The notes below the pieces were generated by a model, which ran no database searches, had not been told where the DNA came from, and saw only the letters and a list, made by a program, of their open reading frames with translations. DNA of 64,000 bases from Cyanophora paradoxa CCMP329 (lineage: Eukaryota; Plantae; Glaucophyta), in the NCBI GenBank assembly GCA_004431415.1, contig QPMI01000116.1:124001-188000 (forward strand), in the 5' to 3' direction. The translations under genes and the position numbers were made by a program. Below are positions 61,341 to 64,000 of the stretch, in pieces. Each line of letters begins with the position of its first letter. The first letter of the stretch is position 1.

Positions 61341-64000
61341 GCCGGGCGGGGCGGGCGGGCGGGCGGACCGGAGGAGAGGTCCAGCCTCGCGAAGGGGGCG
61401 GAGCCAGCGCAGGAGGAGAGGTGCTCGGCGCAGCGGCCGCCGATGACGTACAGCGACCCGTTGATGCCCACGCCCTGAAACAAAAGTGAATTAAGAGGAA
61501 CCCGGAGGTTTCAAGAGCGAGTGGCGCTCGCTCGCCTGCGACTCGCGGGCGCCCGGCGCGGGGTCCCCGCCCGCAGCTGCGCTCAGGACGCGCGCGCCCC
61601 GCAGCACGGGACCGTTGGCGGCCGTCGGCCCGCCCTCCAGCTCGGAGATTAAGGGGGGCGATCCCGGCGGCTCGGGGTAGGGCGTGGCCGGCGGCGCGAA
61701 GCCGACGGCCGCGTCCGCGGCTCCGGATCCAGTACTCGTCGCGTGGCGCTGCCGCCCCGACCGGTCGCTCTGCAGCAGAAAGTCGCTCTGCGAGCCTCAG
61801 GAAAACAAAGAGTAAGAAAGCAAAGGGCACCGCGTCGCCGTCGAGGGGCAGGTAGAGCTCCAGGCCGACGGTGCGGGTGGGAAGACCTTTGAAGGAGGCC
61901 GCCACCTCCTCGGCCGATCGCTCCACGGACCACAGGCGCAGGTCTGCGGAAGCGGGCGCGGGCGGGTCCGGCCGCAGCCCAGCTCAAAATTGAAGCGAAC
62001 AGGCGAGCGGGACGCGCGGCACTGACCGGCGAGCTGGGCGCCGGCTTCTGCCAGGACCGGGTCCCCCAGCGTATGGCTGCTTCCTCGGACCTCCTCCTCG
62101 GCCCCGGCCTCGGGCCCGGCCGCGGGCCCGGGCCCGGCCGAATCGCACGCGAACTCGCGCGCCAGGCGTCCGTCCAGGTAGAGGCGGCAGACGGGGTGCT
62201 CGGCGCCGGCCCCGGCCCCGCCGACGGTTAGCGCCACGTGCACCCAGCGCTCGAGGAGCGGGAAGGGGTGGAAGGAAAGCGGGAAGGCGCGGGCCCCTCC
62301 GGTCCGCATGACCAGGTACTCGCGCCCGTCCGCGAGGGAGAGCGAGAGGGAAAGGGCGCTGGATCCGGATGCGAGCGCGTAGACCGTCACGTCCGTCTGC
62401 GCCGCCATGCGCCACTGGAAGCGCAGCCTGCGGAGCGGCGCGGGTCGCGGTTCGCGGGTGCGGGAAACTTTGGGGGGAAGAGAAGTACTAGTGTCGTACC
62501 GGAGCTCCAGGGTGAGGGGCGAGGGGAGGGCGAAGGGGGGAAGAGAGAGGGCGAGGGGACCGTCGCGATCGCGCGATCGGTTCCACTCGCCCACTACAAC
62601 CGCGCGCTTCGCGTCACCGGAAGATGAAGCGAAAAACCAAAGGCGAAACGCGCACCGAGGGCGCCAAGCGGGAGGCGTGCGGTGCCGGCGGGGACGGCTA
62701 CGGAGAAAGGGGAAGATCGGGTGCCGCCCCCCGCGGCGGCGCCTGTGCACTGGAGCTGGTACGGTTCCCCCGCAGCCGGAACGGGCACGTAGAGGAGTGC
62801 CCAGACCGCCCCCGGCGCCAGCTGCGAGACGGCGGCGCCGTGCGAGCCAAAGGGGCCGGAGCAGGCCGCGTCGAGGGACGTCGACATAGCGCCGGCCGCG
62901 TCGACGTCGGACAGCGACACGTTCAGTAGGACGGATCCGTTGCCGGAGGCGTGGGCGGACGCGATCGTCGGGGCGCCGAAGGAGACAGCGGGCACGAAGA
63001 CCGCGGCGGGGGCGGAAGGGGGCGACGCGGCCCCCGCGGCGGTGCGCACGGCGGCCGTGCAGCTGAGGGGGTAGCCCCGGTCGGCGGTCGGGCCCACGGG
63101 CACCAGGACGGAGGCGGCGGCCGCCCCGGAGGCGAGGGCGGACGAGGCGCGGAAGGGGCCGCCGGGCCCCGTGCAGGCCCCGTCCAGCCACGCGCCCGCC
63201 TCGCCAGGCGCCAGCGACACGGTCAGGAGGGCGCCACGCTGGCCCCCCGAGGCCGTGGCCGCGGCGGCCCGCGCCTCAGTGATCGTCGGCGCCGTCAGCG
63301 CCACTGCGCATGCCGTCGCTCTCAGCGAAGCTATCTCGAAGAAGTAGCAGAGGATTAATATTAGTACCGGCGGAGTAGGCGGCCTGGAATCCGTCCCCGG
63401 CGCCGATCCCGTCGCTCTGGAAGGTGACGAGGAGGGCGCGCCCCGAGCTGGTGAATCGGAGCGACTCGAGGGCCAGCGCGCCGCTGCCGCGGAAGAGCCG
63501 CCGCGCCGCGTCGGCCGCCGCTCCGTCGTAGACCTGCGATCGCGAGCACGAGCGTGCGTCGGTGAGAACAGGGAAAGGAGGCTTACGCAGAGAACATTGA
63601 AGCTTCAGGAGCATTACTTCCCAAGGAAAAGGAGCTTAGGCAGAGAATATTTAGCCATGTAACAAAGAAACCAGCTTTTAAGCGGGATTTAGAAGATTTA
63701 GAATGGAATGTTACTGCAGATCTAGATGCACGGGCTGCCATTACAGAGCCTCCGAACAAACGGCGCTGGATTCTCCCGTGAATCATCTTATGAGCCTTTA
63801 AGCTTTAATATAATGGAGCCTTGGAGCCTATACGCCATAAGACCGTGCTAGAACACAGGAGGCAGTCGGAAGGGGCGCGTTGAGTGTAGGCTGACGAACC
63901 TCAATAAAATCGTAGTTAGTTTCCGTGCGGAACGACAAGAAGCGCAGAAACACAAGGAACCCCTCGGGGGCGGTGATCAGCCTGCCGAGGGTCCGAAGGG
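53938..64000 (-). CDS. Large cell-surface receptor, 5'-truncated: CUB - 2x FN3-like - LamG/ConA - kelch repeats - Ig/PKD(REJ)-like - multi-TM C-terminus
   Basis: CUB: FLRFLSFRTETNYDFIE/VYDG..SSGRALLVTFQSD..GFQAAY. LamG: ERWVHVALT..RLYLDG..DLRLWSVERSAEEV. Kelch: INGSLYVIGG, DGMLYFAFG, VVSGG, LFGG. PKD-like: SWLLLEGPG..GRYLFAFVAAN. TM region: PFFAPY..VDLAHG..ARPYADRLD. TAA at 53938-53940. Confidence 0.7.
61297..61339 (+). repeat. (GCG)n microsatellite in an intron of the receptor gene
   Basis: About 14 GCG units. Confidence 0.85.

Noticed and set aside
1-64000. Prokaryotic or viral origin, operon or defence island
   Set aside because: Genes carry spliceosomal introns and belong to eukaryotic families (DHHC, RAD17, dynamin); the neighbours are functionally unrelated.

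Overview
Eukaryotic nuclear DNA from a high-GC, very intron-dense unicellular organism (alga or protist; the lineage cannot be fixed from this window). The ORF track is mostly GC-driven noise, so genes were rebuilt by hand across short GT-AG and GC-AG introns. In order: the 3' part of a dynamin-related gene (1-8323, +) whose third visible intron holds a 5.5-kb L1/Tx1-like retrotransposon (457-5983, -; 15-bp target-site duplication; one APE-RT frame broken by a single TAG); a small MGxxxS/Cys-rich/acidic-tail gene; a DHHC palmitoyltransferase head-to-head with a three-repeat + CIA30-domain gene; a ~13-kb TmcB/TmcC-like membrane protein gene; a second MGxxxS protein with a beta/gamma-crystallin domain; a KUP/HAK K+ transporter head-to-head with a cyclophilin; a secreted CUB protein head-to-head with RAD17; and the 3' part of a large CUB-FN3-LamG-kelch-PKD multi-TM receptor. 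The most unusual signals are non-coding: very frequent GC splice donors, duplicated splice junctions inside introns, three homologous neighbouring introns, TpA enrichment in duplicated DNA (possibly RIP-like), palindrome-saturated spacers, and an inverted copy of the RAD17 3' end 14.3 kb away. No rRNA, tRNA or CRISPR array was found.
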